DNA of 64,000 bases from the human T2T-CHM13v2.0 reference genome, Homo sapiens. Shown piece after piece: positions 42,864-56,300 of this stretch (its first letter is position 1; each line of letters starts with the position of its first letter). Below the pieces are notes generated by a model that did not search any database, was not told the origin of the DNA, and saw only the letters and a program-made list of their open reading frames with translations. The translations under genes and the position numbers were made by a program. Location: NCBI RefSeq assembly GCF_009914755.1, contig NC_060932.1. One strand, 5' to 3'.

Positions 42864-43052
42864 CAGAGTTCCTCAGCCTTGGCACTGACACTTGGGACTG
42901 GATAATTCTTTATTGTGGGGATTAGTTCTGTGCACTGCAGTACGTTTAAAGAGCAGCATCCCTGGCTTTTACTTACTGGATACCAGTGGCACTTTTGCCC
43001 AATTGTGGCAAACAAAAATGCCTCCAGACATTTTCAAATGTCCCCTGAGGAG
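42864..43052 (+). mobile_element. MER20 hAT-Charlie element
   Basis: 'cagagttcctcagccttggcactgaca...ggataattctttattgtgggg...aaaaatgcctccagacattttcaaatgtcccctg'. Confidence 0.85.
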
Positions 43053-44289
43053 AACAGCTAATCTAGAGGGATGGGGCGAAGTGCAGCATTCTCAGCAGAG
43101 GAAACCACATGTGCAACTCTAAGGCAGGGAACGTGAATCTGAAGAACTGAACAAGGCTACAGTGTCTAGATCATGAAGCCTCAGTGGGCTAGTGGTACTA
43201 GGTGACATAAATAAGGTAGGGTTAGATAGATCATGCACAACCTCATGCATGTGAAGATTTGGGAAGAATGAGATGAGTAATGTATACAGCATCCTTGAAT
43301 TGTGAAAGATCCATACTTAACAACGTACCTATTTGGATTGTTCCCCCTCTAAAATCCATTTACCTGGTCATTGTGATGGACTCAAGCTGTCTGCAAACCT
43401 TGAACATAATTTGCATTTTGGGTCACACAGTCCCTATAGAATTTGTAGGTTTTGCTGGCTTTTAATTTTATTGCCTATGACATTTAACTTTCAAGCTCCA
43501 CTAAAGAGCTTAAAAAACAAAACAAAAAACTTCTATTTACAATCTGTTAACCTTTTCAGCTATAATCTTTTTTTTTTTTTTAACCTTTCCTTCCACACGC
43601 CCCACAACACATATTGAATCTGATGCAATGACTTACCCGTTACTCCTTCTTGGAGTCTTTGTGTCATCACAAAGCCTCTCAAGCCAATGTCTTACTCCTT
43701 AGCTGGCTTCCTTTTCCATAAGTTTGCTGCTCATTTCCCCACAGACACAGATGGACATTTCAAAGATTTTACTGTGATTTGTTTTCTAGAATTAATCTCA
43801 TCATGAACTTACTGTGCTCTGTGATGGCCAATGTAGTAGCATCGTGGAAAAATGGCCCTGTGTAGAAAGGATAATTCTTCTTCGTGGTTGCAGTGGATCT
43901 GTCTTCGAGAGATCGTGCCAATTAAATTAACACGTTTATAGCTCTTCATCTTTTAAATTCCACATCATTCTGCTTTTCATGCCTTCACTTTATCTCAACT
44001 CTTGACTCTACTTAGTCTTTCCAGGAAAATCTTCTAAAACTCAAGTCTAAATTTCATTAGGGTGAAGTTTCTCTCTTATTCTTCTCTGTGCCTATAGATC
44101 TGGGATTGCTTCCTGTTAACTAAATTTGTTACGGTGGAGTCTACCTTCTTCTGTTTACCTGGGCCATAACTGTTTTGCCACAGTTGAAGTAAGCTGAGCT
44201 TTTAAATAGTGTTCTGATAGGGCTGATGGGGATCAGATTTTGGAGTAATGTTAGGGCATGTACAATAGGCAGTAGAAAACTGAAATAAA

Positions 44290-44470
44290 CACAGTGACTC
44301 CTGCACTGGCCATGTGACAGGAAGTGGTATACCTCATCGCTACTTACCTGCCATTGGCCACAACAAGTTGCATGGTCTATCCTAACTTAGAGGGTGCAGG
44401 GAATTGCAATGCTACATTTTACCCAGATATTGGTGAGTGAAAACATCAGCTATAGTTTTAGTACCTACCA
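44290..44470 (-). mobile_element. MLT1J/I-type LTR fragment
   Basis: 'ccattggccacaacaagttgcatggtc...cctaacttagaggg...atattggtgag'. Confidence 0.55.
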
Positions 44471-45294
44471 TGATTAGCAGAAGCAGAGAATCCCCGCCCT
44501 TATGGCTCACATTGTCCATTGGGACAGCCATGGATCAAAGTACAGAGTGATGATCATGAGGAATGTTTTCAAAACAGGAGTGTATGGTGCCCATGAGCAC
44601 ATAAAATAAGCAGACTTGACCATTGAAAACTGAAAGGTAATATGGATTAACTAACTGAGGATGGAAATAAGAATTAACTAAGTGAGGATGAATGCAACCC
44701 GGGCAGCAGAAATAGCATGTGCAAAGGCCCTGGGGTTGGAGAGAATCTGGCATATTCTAGTAGGGGAAAGGCTGCTATGACTGGAGGGTGGAAAGTGAAA
44801 GGAAGGCTTATGGAAGATAATGCCAGAAATGTAAGCTATGACTTTATTATAAACCCTTAAAATGTCTGAGGCTTGAGAGTGGTGGTTTTGTTTTGTGAAG
44901 TCAAAGAGAAAAATTTCAACCAAATGGAAAGGATGGAAGGAATGTATTGAGCACTGAATCAAGGGGTCAGATGTTAGCTGGAGAGATAAGGTAAGATAAG
45001 CCCAGGAAGATCACAGCAATGACCCTTTGTGCAAATGCTTCCTTTAAACCAGAGCTGTGACTGAAAGGAAACATACCATTTAGATGGTAAAGAGGCAACA
45101 TTGTTGGGTGCTTACCAGAGAAGTCTTAGTTTTTTTCACCCACAGTGATGAAGAAGGGAAGTAGCATCACCTAAGGTGTTTTGTGCATATCTCCTGAATG
45201 TCCCACTTAATCCCGCAAGAGGTTTAAAGTTCAGAAAAATTATTACACAAGTTACAAGGGTAGATCATGGTGAAGCTGAGATTCTAGTATGTTT

Positions 45295-45670
45295 TGCAGT
45301 GGGCAGGCATATGCACATCTTCTTCCCAAGGCCCAGGGGGCTGAGAGGTTGAAGAAAGAGGCTGACATATCCAGTTTCCTTGAAAGAAACATTTAATAAA
45401 GACCTACAAACAAAAAGCCGAGGGATAAGATGTTGGATCCCCATCCAGTTACCCCCAGACCCAGGGCTTATATACCATAGAGAATTTGCTTAAGGGCAGA
45501 GTTTATGATAAGTACGCATTTACAATAACATCAAAGTTGTTTCGACTTAAGGGCTGGATTTACAGTAAGTATGTGAAAGTAGAAATCTTAGAGGCATTCC
45601 CAGAACTGGAGTTGATCAGAAGTCAACATGGTGGATTAGCATCCAAGATGAAGTTGCTTTAGCCTCCACA
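45295..45670 (-). mobile_element. MER93-family ERV1 solo LTR
   Basis: Reverse complement starts TGTGGAGGCTAAAGCAACTTCATCTTGGATGCTAATCC, the MER93 5' end; TG...CA termini. Confidence 0.75.
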
Positions 45671-46015
45671 CAATATAAAACTCTTAAATGGGTACCATAT
45701 TGCACCTTGGAAAAAAGGAGGGTTGTTGGTGTAGATGATCTTCAAGGTCTAGCTATGCCTTTTTGAAAGCTTCATACTTTTCAGAGAAGGATCTGGGCCC
45801 CCAAACTGCATGATTTCTTCTCTTCATTTGTGTACTTCACTAAAGCTCTGTCACCCTTCTTTATGCTGAATTTTCACCAATGAAATTTGAAGATAATTTT
45901 TCTGAACAGGACTTTTAAAATCCACAGTGTAGCATACATCATCAAAATCAAGAATTTGGCCTACTGTGTGTGTGCATGTGTGTGTTGATGGTTTTATTCC
46001 TCTTGTCTTTGATCT

Positions 46016-46089
46016 CAAAAAGCTTAAGCTTTACTGATAACACAGTTGGTTAACATATATTTAGTATGTTACATGTATTATATACTATA
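46016..46089 (+). repeat. Short chimeric copy of the nearby Tigger2 interior
   Basis: 46026-46089 matches 47601-47664 (2 mismatches in 64); 46016-46027 matches 47564-47575. Confidence 0.9.
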
Positions 46090-46586
46090 GTTTCCAAAGC
46101 ACATTACCTAAATTGCTAACCTATCTTGTAATTTGCTTACTACCATTCAGATTTTAGAAGCTGGCTCATTGACTGTGCCCACCCAATCAGCAAAAGGCTA
46201 GAATATAGCTGCTTCTCCAGTAAATAAATGGGAAAAGGAAGATTTGTGTTTATCTTTGCAAGTCTCCACTGTAAATCATAATGTCAAGGCGATTTCATGT
46301 GTCTAAGCAAAAAGATGACAACATGGCATTTTGAGCAATTTTCTTCTTTCTTCTGAGCATGCATATGGAGTTTAATTCACTAATGTATTTGTCAGAGAAT
46401 GATTAAAAGCATTGATTAGTTTCCCAGAGAAGATTTTAAGTTTTCATTATAGATTTTTATTAACTTATTCTGTATTAGATATGGGCTAAAAGACCTTTCA
46501 TGTAATGTCTTTAGAAACACTGGAGTTTACCAATTTATTTTAGCAGCCATTCTATGTGATAAAACTGGTACATACATTTATTTGTA

Positions 46587-46820
46587 CAGTGTAATAGTTA
46601 AACCACAGGCTTCAGAGTCAAGTTGCCTTGGTTTAGTTCTTGACTGTGCCATTTAACGATTATTTTAAAATTAATCAAATTATCCAAACTTTCTGAGCCT
46701 CAGTTTTCTCATTTGTAAAATGGAGGTAATAATAATACATATTTCATAGTGTTTTTGCAATGCTTGCATGAAGTAATACACAGGTAGTTTTGCTAATAAG
46801 GCTAGATATTGTTGTTATGT
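46587..46820 (+). mobile_element. MIR SINE
   Basis: 'ctgagcctcagttttctcatttgtaaaatggaggtaataataatac'. Confidence 0.8.
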
Positions 46821-47329
46821 GTAACACACACAAACTCGCACACACACACTCAAATAAACAAGCATGAAGGAGTATGTACCAGGAGGCTACTTATGAAGTC
46901 ATTGCTCTATCCAGGATACATGCAGGAAACCGGGTGTCAACCAAGGAAAACCTCGGTGTTTCAGTAACTGAAGGTTTAATGAAGATACTTTGTGTTGGGC
47001 TATGGTATCACTAGATACATAAGTCATAATGCCTGCCCTCAAAAGTTGGGATTCTAGCAGGAAAGACAGATCACAGAACTCCTGCAACAAGGAGTAGGAG
47101 GAGGAGAAAGAGGAGGAAAGGAGGGAGATGGGAAGAAATAAGGTGCGGGAGAAGGAGGAATAAGACAATGAGGAGGAGAGAATAAGACGATGGCAGGGAG
47201 GACAAGAATCAACCTGTGGAGTTTGTTTTGTCTTAGAAGAAAACCTATTTTCTACTTATGTGAAAAGTCATGGATCCAAATTAAAAAGTTGACACAAGTT
47301 GAGTTTAAAAAACTATGATTTTAAAATGA

Positions 47330-47484
47330 TTTAAATAAACTGGGGATATGTCCAACAATGGAATATTACTCAGCAGTAAAAAGAAATGAGTTCTCAACCT
47401 ATGAAAAAACAGTAAGAAAAATGTGTAAATTACTAAGTGAAAGAAGCCAATCTAAAAAGGCTGCATGCTGTATGATTCAAGCTA
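47330..47484 (+). mobile_element. L1MB/MC 3' fragment
   Basis: 'acaatggaatattactcagcagtaaaaagaaatga...ctaagtgaaagaagccaatct'. Confidence 0.75.
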
Positions 47485-48310
47485 CAACTGGCCTTTGAAC
47501 AACACAGGGGTTAGGTTGCTGACCCCTGCACAGTTGAAAATCTGAGTATAACTTCTGACTGCCCAAAAAGCTTAACTGCTAATAGCCTACTGTTGACCAG
47601 AAGCTTTACTGATAACACAGTTGGTTAACACATATTTTGTATGTTACATGTATTATATACTATATTCTTATGATGAAGCACACTAGAGAAAAAAACAATG
47701 CTATTAAGAAGATTATAAGGAAGAGAAAATACCTTAATGGTGTCATACTGTATATGTCAATACTGTAGGTGTATCACATCTGTTTATAAGATGAATCTTC
47801 TATCTGAAATGGGAAATCTGAGCAGTAGAACCTCAATCTATGATCCATATCAAACAATCTGACTTTTACTTGTAACATCATAACTTTGTTTCTTGGGAAC
47901 ACTTCCAGTAACATTAGTGGCACTTTGTATGGATCCCATGGTATTACTCAAAATTTATGATATTTCACTAATCATGATGAAAAATCCCTGAGAGCCATGA
48001 GAGATTACTTTTTCACTTTGATCCACAATTTTCTGGAGAGAACTGCTCATAAGGAGAAGATTAGTGTCACATGGTGTTTTAAACAAATACCTGCAACACA
48101 AGCTCACCACAATAGCAACAGAAGGTAGCTGTGAAATTATTACAGTAGTATAGTAGGTACTACTGTTAATATTATGCAGTTATGATTTAATACTGCATCT
48201 TTATATTTGTTTACATTTCTCTCAACTGCAAGCAGCGCCATGTTTGTCTGTGAGTGTTGGTGTGCATAAATTTTGCAAAATTTTAAATTTTTATAATCAA
48301 ATTTGATAAA
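47485..48310 (+). mobile_element. Tigger2-family DNA transposon (Tigger2b-like), right end missing
   Basis: TA + 'caactggcctttgaacaacacaggggttagg...cttaactgctaatagcctactgttgacc'. Confidence 0.8.
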
Positions 48311-48910
48311 TTTCCTTGTGATGGAACCAGGAAAGTGTAACACCCTTCCCTACCTTCTCAAAATTTTTGGAAATATTGACAAGGCCCTGGAATTTACTCC
48401 AGAACATTATATCTCAATTCTATGTTAATGGAAAGGCTTGGTATTTTGGAGTTGGCCAGGTTTAACAAACCGTTAGAACACAGCTTCACATATGTCATAA
48501 CAGCTACATGTCTAGGGAGCTGGGCAGCCACAAATGAAGAAAGGTTAGTCAGATCAGACAATTAGAGAAGACATTCTTAGAGACAATGGATTTGAATAAG
48601 TCTTTGTTTGTTTTTAATTTGTTGTTTCAGCTCCATTTATTGTAAAGACTGTTCTTTTGCCCAATGCTCTCTGATAGCATTTCTGCAATACATCAGGGGT
48701 GCACATACATGCATAAATTGAATCTGTTTATAGTTTCTCCTTCATCTTCTGCTAGTTTATTTTGACCTATCCAAAAACTGCACTATCCTAGTTAGTATAT
48801 TCTATAAGCCTGGAGGGTATCTTTCTAATTTTTATCCAACAGTAACTTTGCTATTATTTTCCAATTGTATCAGAAACTAATACACATTTTCACTTATTTT
48901 TTTTTCACTT

Positions 48911-49201
48911 ATTTTCTTTTGAAACAGCGTCTTGCTTTGTTGGCCAGGCTGGAGTCTGGTGGTGTGATCATGGCTACTGCAGCCTCAACCTCCTGGGCTC
49001 AAGCGATCCTCATGCCTCAGCCTCCCAAGTAGCTGGGACCACCGGTGTGTGCCACAATGCCTGGCTAATTTTTAATTATTTTTTTTGTAGAGATAGGATC
49101 TTCATATGTTTCGCAGCCTGGTCTTTCTTAGGCTTAAGTGATCCTCCTGCCTCAGCCTTGCAAAGTGCTGGGATTACAGACATGAGCCACCATACCCAGC
49201 T
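48911..49201 (-). mobile_element. AluJ
   Basis: 'gatcatggctactgcagcctcaacctcctgggctcaagcgatcctc' AluJ diagnostics; diverged. Confidence 0.9.
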
Positions 49202-49987
49202 ACATTGGTTTTAAACATCATCCAACCAATTATTGCCAACCACCTACTATGTAGCAGGTACTTGGCTGCATCATGCAGTAAAGAGACAAAACTTCCCATC
49301 CTTGTGGAGCTTACAAATTAATGTGTGTGGGGAAGAATAGGCACAAACAGTAATAAGAAATAAATTATATTATAAATAATACCAGAAAGTAAAAGGGCTA
49401 TACAAATTATAGACAAGGCTATGTGGGATTGAGATGGTGTGGTAGAGGGGTTTGAATTCTAAATAGGTTGATTATAGGAGGCTTCTAATCAGCCTGTCAA
49501 ATTCTTGAAAACATTGCTGATATTCTAGTGGAGAAGACCGATGTATCTATATTAGAATAAAATATATTTGAACATTATATCTAATCTAAAAACTTGGCTC
49601 ATTTGTCACTCTACTAGGCTTTGCTTTTATATCTATAAACTAAGTATTCAAGTTTTCTCTATGAAGGTCTTACTTGTATTTAATTTCTGCATACTTTTTA
49701 ATGAAATTGTAATTTTTAAAATTTGTTTTCTATTTATTGCTATGTGGGTAGATATTTAATTTTTAATTATCTGTCTTGTTAAATTCTTATTAATGATAAT
49801 AATAAATGTGTAAATTGAAATAAAAATATATATGAAAATCATATGTGCTGTCATAATTTTAAAAATTCAATTCCAATATCATTCATTCATTCATTCACTA
49901 ATTCATGGTTTACTATGCTACCCAGGACCAAACGTCAGTGGCAAGAGCACACAACCTGGTCTTATTCCTAAAACCTAATATTATTAT

Positions 49988-50120
49988 AGGCCAGGGAAGG
50001 TGGCTCATGTCTGTAACCCAGCACTTTTGGAGGCCAAGGCTGGAGGATCACTTGAGCCCAGGAGTTCAAGACCAGCCTGGGAAATATAGTGAGATCCCAT
50101 CTCTACAAAAAATATAAAAA
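49988..50120 (+). mobile_element. FLAM/AluJ left monomer followed by TA/TG low-complexity sequence
   Basis: 'ggccagggaaggtggctcatg...ggatcacttgagcccaggagttcaagacc...atctctacaaaaa'. Confidence 0.85.
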
Positions 50121-50259
50121 TTATACATATATAAATATTATATAAAAATAATATTACATAAAGAGAGAGATATGTATGTTATATGAAAAGATATACTTAC
50201 ATACCATACACATATATGTATACAGCCACATGTATATGTGTGTGTGTGTGTGTGCACAT

Positions 50260-50332
50260 ATATAGAAAGATTTTGAGGAATTGGCACACGTGATTGTTAG
50301 GCTTGGAAAGCTCAATATCTGCAGGGCAGACC
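50260..50332 (-). mobile_element. MLT2 (ERVL) LTR fragment
   Basis: 'gattttgaggaattggcacacgtgattgt...tctgcagggcag' following a TA/TG run. Confidence 0.6.
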
Positions 50333-50839
50333 AACATAGCTGGATCTTATTTTTTTAATCCAACTTGCAACTCTGTGTACTTTAAGTGGAATATTTAGAC
50401 AATTTACATCCTAGGATAATATTTATATGTGTGGCTTGGATGAATCCTAAAGGATGAGTGGAAACTTTCTATGCAGAGAGATTTAGTGGGGTTAGGAGGG
50501 TATCACTGGTGAAGGAAACAGCATAAGTAAAGGCATCATGGCATGAAATAGCTTGGTCTGATAGAAACTGTAATAAAGCAGACAAAATGAACATGACTAA
50601 ATTTATTGTTGTAAGCTGTACTACACAACCAGGGGAGAATCCAAAGAGGCCCATTCACATTCTAATTACCTGTTATTTTCTAGAAAATCCAGACAACTTA
50701 ATCCTCTGCTTTCCTAAACCTTAGGAAGTGGTAGCTGGGTAAGAGAAGGTGGCATTAGAGACAGGTGCTATCCAAGGAAGTGAAAAATATGTAATTACTT
50801 CAATAGGTTTGGGGACTGAGAAAGAAGCAGCTAAGATCT

Positions 50840-51211
50840 TGCTATGGTTTTAATGTTTATGTGCCCTCCAAAATTCATATTGGAACTTAACTTCCTATGC
50901 AACAGTAGCAAGAGGTGGGTCCATTAGAAGGTGATTGGGCATTGAGGGCTCCAACTTCATGGATAGTCTTATTAAAAGTGTTGAATGGAACTAGCTAGGC
51001 CTCTTTTTGCTCCACCACCTTCTGCCAGGTGAAGACAGAGTATTCTAGGTGCCATCTTAGAGTAGAGATTTGTCCTTTACCAGACACTAAACTTGTCAGC
51101 ATCTTGATTTTGGACTTCCCAGTCTCCAGTAATGTGAGAAACAAATTTCTGCTATGAATAAATTACCCAGTTTGTAGTATTTTGTTATAGCAGCACAAAC
51201 GGATTAAGACA
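50840..51211 (+). mobile_element. MSTC/MSTD-type MaLR solo LTR
   Basis: 'tgctatggttttaatgtttatgtgccctccaaaattcat...gcagcacaaacggattaagaca'. Confidence 0.85.
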
Positions 51212-51951
51212 CAAATCTCTTCAGTTTTTGATTTGTTAGTGGGCGAACAGCACTGCTGTAAATGGAACGTTGCATTGGGAAAAAGTCCTGGCTTGGAAGT
51301 CCCTGTAAGATAACCAGGGAGAGATACTCAACAGGCATTTGAGCATCTGAAGCTCAGGGAAAGGTCTGAGAAAGTTATATAGATTTGGGAAATTAATGAC
51401 TGGTAATAGTCATTGGGACAATGACAGTGAAGAAATTTGCCTAAGATTCTACAATTATCCAATGACAAGGGATGTCAACTGGGCTCAGAATCTTAGAGAA
51501 TACCTACGTCAGGCAGTTGAGAAAACTCATGAGAACAATAAGATGACCTCTCTGCATTGAGTCCTATTCCTCTGATACCGTGCCACGTTTGTACATGCCT
51601 CTTCAATGTTGGTGGCCTGAAGTAAATAGACATTTTAGGTCCAGAATAGAATTGAACTTTCACCTATCTTATTTTAGCATCTATAATTCTACTAATACAG
51701 CTTGTGTCTATGCGTGTCAGCCATATTCACTGTTGACTCATTTTGAATTTATAGTCAAACTAAAACTCCTGAGTTATGTTCTTATTAACTGTTATAAAGC
51801 TAAGTTTCTGTAACTTATGCTATTTCAGTATGTTTTTGACCTTAAATATAAGCCTTGTCTGCATTAAATGTTTTATCTTTTGTTTCTTGTTTATCTAAAT
51901 TATCAAGAAAACAATGATTTTATGTTTTATTCCTTCAATATAAAAAGTAAT

Positions 51952-52053
51952 CTTCACGATATGCTTATTTCACATTGCATTCCTGTATAAAAACATCTCC
52001 TGTACTCCATAAATATATACACCTACTATGTACCCACAAAAATTTTTAAAAAA
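51952..52053 (+). mobile_element. Very short L1MA1/2-like 3' terminus
   Basis: 'ccataaatatatacacctactatgtacccacaaaaattt'; TSD caatataaaaagtaat/caatataagaagtgat. Confidence 0.8.
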
Positions 52054-52169
52054 CAATATAAGAAGTGATGTTAATGATTAATACAAATATCATTCAAAAC
52101 ATTTTAGCTAAAAACTGTGATTTAAAGGGTCAAGCTTCAATTATCTGGGTAATAAAAACTTTTGTCATT

Positions 52170-53390
52170 CTTTAACTTATTCTATAAATATCTTCTAAAT
52201 GTCTGCTATTTGCCAGGCACTATACTGGGGGCTGGGTATTTAGGAATATAGATGTTCTAATATCTTTCCCCATGGGGTATGCTCTCAAGTGGGAAGACAA
52301 ACTGTAAGCATATAAACATAAACATATAATTAGTATCATTTAAATTCCATAAAGGGAAATTACATCCCATGAGAAAAAGTATCAGGGGGTCTACTTTAGA
52401 CAGGTAAGTCAAGGTAGGCTTACTCGAAATGCAGAAGTGACATTAACCTAAACCTGGAAGTATGAGTCGGTCTTAGCTAAGTGGAGGTGCAGTGGATGGG
52501 AGAAGGCAACAAGAGAGTTTGGAACAAGTGCAATATCCTGAGGCAGGAGAGTGCTTGTGCCTGAAGACCCAAAAGAAGAATAAAGTGATTGGATGTCAGC
52601 AAGGGGGTAACCTTAGACATGACTGGTAAGAAAGGGAGAAGCCAGGCCTTCATAGCCTGGTACATTATGTTACAGATTTTCTTTTTCCTTTCTCTCTTTT
52701 TCTTTTTATTTTTTTTTTTATTTTTTGATTCTGAAAAATGCAATGGCATGCTATTGTAGGGTTTTCAGAAAAAAATACATTTTTGTTTGAGAAAGATGAC
52801 TCTGGGAGATCAATTAGAAAATTATTGCCATGATTCAGGTGAGTGACGCTGATGGCTTTCAATAGAATGATGGCACTACAGGTAGGAATATTCTTGGTGG
52901 GTTTTGAAAGGGTGTGTTGTGGAAGGTATAAATAATGAAGGCCAGGTTTTTGGTCTGTTGATCTGGGTAAATGGAGGTAACATTTACTGGAGTAAGAAAA
53001 ACAAATGTAGCAACAGATTTAAAAGTCAAGTCAAGGTTTCTAGTATGGGCACGCTTAGTTCAAAAATCAGATAGTTATATTAACAATTTTGAATTTAAGA
53101 AATCACATTAAGGGCTAGAAATATAAATTTTAGAGGTTTTGGCATAGAGAAGAACTTTAAAGTCAGTGGATAAGGTTGTGCAGGAAAGGATCTAGATCAA
53201 AGACTGGCTTGAGATAGACTGTAGGAACTTCAACATTTGGAAACTGTGTAGAGAACTCAGTTGGCCAAAGCAACTGAGAAGAAAAAAATTGAAAGAGAGA
53301 AAGAACATCTGCAGTATGGTTTAACTGAATACAAAAGAAATGGGTTTCAAGAAGAATGTGATTAAATACTCTAAAAAGTCATCATGAATA
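52170..53390 (-). mobile_element. L2 LINE, long fragment
   Basis: 'gctatttgccaggcactatactggg', 'gtgcaatatcctgaggcaggagagtgcttg', 'aaagatgactctggg'. Confidence 0.75.
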
Positions 53391-56300
53391 CAGCTGCATT
53401 ATGTGCTTCTGTTATAGGTAGGAGATTCTTCTGGGTAGACAAGACTTTATTACTTTTGCCACCCTAGACCTTGCCTAGTGTTTTCACATAACACATTAAT
53501 AACAAATTTTTGCTAAATCAATTAATGATTAAGATATCAAAAATATGTTTCTTGTCACAATTTGCAAAATATTTTTAAATGAACAATGTCATAATCACAC
53601 AGCGAGGTCATTACTATCAGCCCCATTTTCCAAATGAGAAACTAGCCTCCTGGAGAAGTTACGTTTCTTGCCAAAAAATCAAATATATAGTGTTACGATA
53701 AGGCCAGAGTAAGTCTGGTGTTCTATATGGACATCTCTACTCACTGACAATGATGGATAAATGAGGTCACATAACTGTATGTACTGACTTATACTAAGAT
53801 ATAATATATTACATATGTCAAGATAAATATCTTGGAATTTTTTATATGGTTATGTGTGTTGATATATCCCCAAACTCGAAATATGATAGCGACAAAAGCT
53901 GAATTGGCAGTCAGCTCACAAAGATGGTAGACACCTTTTCTATAATAGAGTGGGAGGTGATCCTAAGTGGTACACCCTAGGTGGTGAGGTAATTGATGGA
54001 AAGGAAGGGGTTGAGAGTGTGAACCAACAGCTGCAAAGAGTTGACAGTGAATGGAGTTGTAGTCTAACAGCCATAATGACAAAAGAACTATACATTGCTC
54101 ATGCAGACATTATATAGAACACAGACTTAATATGCCCTTGATGTGGAAGGAACTTCTGTTGCAAATCAAGAATTCTAGCCACATTTACACATGGGAAACG
54201 AGAGCAGCTGCAGTGACATCTTCAGAGAGTGAGTACAATAACCTAAAGTGAGGGAATTAGTCATTCTTCACCTTCTTTGCGTCACATTGTTGATTTGCTA
54301 TTAACAACGGTTAACGGACGAAGAGATTGCCAACCCCCAACCCCATAACTTCCTATTATATCTGTAAATCCACATTAACCAGACCAAATTGTGGATTTGT
54401 TTATGGAAAGGCAGGACATCTAAGATTCAAGAAGTTTTGCTTCAATTCAATGAATTTTATCACAATTTTATATCTACAGACTGCTTCTTCTATAATCTTC
54501 ATTCTCTTGAGTCCTTCCCAGGTGTTTTGGGACTGAATGAGTTCACGAAGAATTTCTTCTCCTTTAGGCACACATTGAAGAAAGAAAAGATCCTCATGAG
54601 GACTATTTATTATTTCCCAGAATTTTGATGCCTATAAAGTTCCAGTAGAAAATCACAAAATGAAACATAAAAAGTTCCTTTGTGGCTCCTAGGACCTACA
54701 TTCTTAGAAGATGAACCCTGAAGCTCACTGCATAGGCCATTTCTAAATTCCTGCTTTCAGGGAAAGGATCCTACTGATGTTTTCAGATAAGCAGAAATCC
54801 TTGAAATAAACGCAGCATGATCTACCCTCTGTGGGCTTCGAATGGCTTCATGGGTATAGGCCATGTTTTCTCAGCTATACCTTAAATGCCTTGAACAGTG
54901 GGACTGTGTTATGAACCAAAAGGAGCTCAGCCTCTCTTTGAAATATGAAAACCTCAGGAAATAGCACATAATGGCAAGCTCAGAAAATGTCAGACAGCAT
55001 TTCCCAACATGTGCTGACTCTTATGAGTGGCTCCTCATAGAAAGGATTTCACGGACAAAATACTTGGGATATAATCCAACCATAGGCTCTTCTTGACTAA
55101 TATGAAATCTCATTCTTGGTTCTAAGAAAATCTCACATGTAAGAAACCAGTTAACTTTTATTCCATACTTTCCAAATTTCTTTGACCACAGGACTTGAGT
55201 TTTTTTGGTTTCTTTTTGCAATAGGACTGCATTCTACTGAACACAGATTTGGCAAAGTACAAGTATTTTCTATCTTGGGATGACTTACTGCAAATCCCGG
55301 CTCTGCCATTTTTCTAGGGAATTGCCCTATCCACTTACAATTGAGTGAGCCTAAGCCAGTCATTTCAAATTCAGAAGCTCATGAATACAGTAAGACATGC
55401 TTCAACAATTATTGCAAGGATAAATGAGATAACATAGATGAGATGCCAATCACAATGCTTGGCACACAGTGAAAGCCTACAAACACTAGCTGAGTCTGCA
55501 TCTGAATTTCTGCATTGAAGGAATCAAAATAAAAACAAACAAAAGCCACTTCTCATAATGATGAAGACTCTCGTGACAGGCTTTGTGAAGCACCAAATAG
55601 CACACAATCCAAGACTGAATATCACTATTTACTGTCTAAGTCTTTGTAGCAGGTATCCATAGTAGAAATGCTTAAGTAACTCAGTACACATCCTTAAACG
55701 CTTTCAGGTTTATTGCAAAGCTAAATTAGTAAGGTAGCCTGAAAGGCAGACCTTTGTGTTGAACTTCTTGAGGAAACACATCTTGGACCTGAGGTGCTAG
55801 AAAAGCTGTTCAAATGTTTTCCTGGGGGATGCAAATCATTTTCCGAATATTAAATAGAAATATCATGACATTTGATTACAACATTAGTGCTGGTCTGGCC
55901 ACAATGCTGAACATTTATTTTACGCTGTATGCAATAGAAAAGAAAAACATTTTGCTAAGAAAGCTCTTGTGGCCTGATAGGTTCAAGTTTAAAAGGAAGT
56001 CTGATTTCCGGCTCTCTTTCACTTTTCAAATAACTGAGTGCATTAATTTTAAAACAGCAAGGAATTGATTTTCCATTGACTTCTAAACAGAATCTCCTTA
56101 CACTAGGGAAGTCCAAGTCAACCCTGTATTTGAAAATTAGCATACATTTACCAGACTTCCAATCAGAATGGAAATCCCAAACCCATCTTTCAACTGCACA
56201 GCACAAGTTTGTCTTTGAAAACAGTGAAGCAGCTTTCTGGGAAAGGGTTATCTGGTCCCAGACTGAAACTGGAACACGTTAGTCACCATTTTACCTTATT

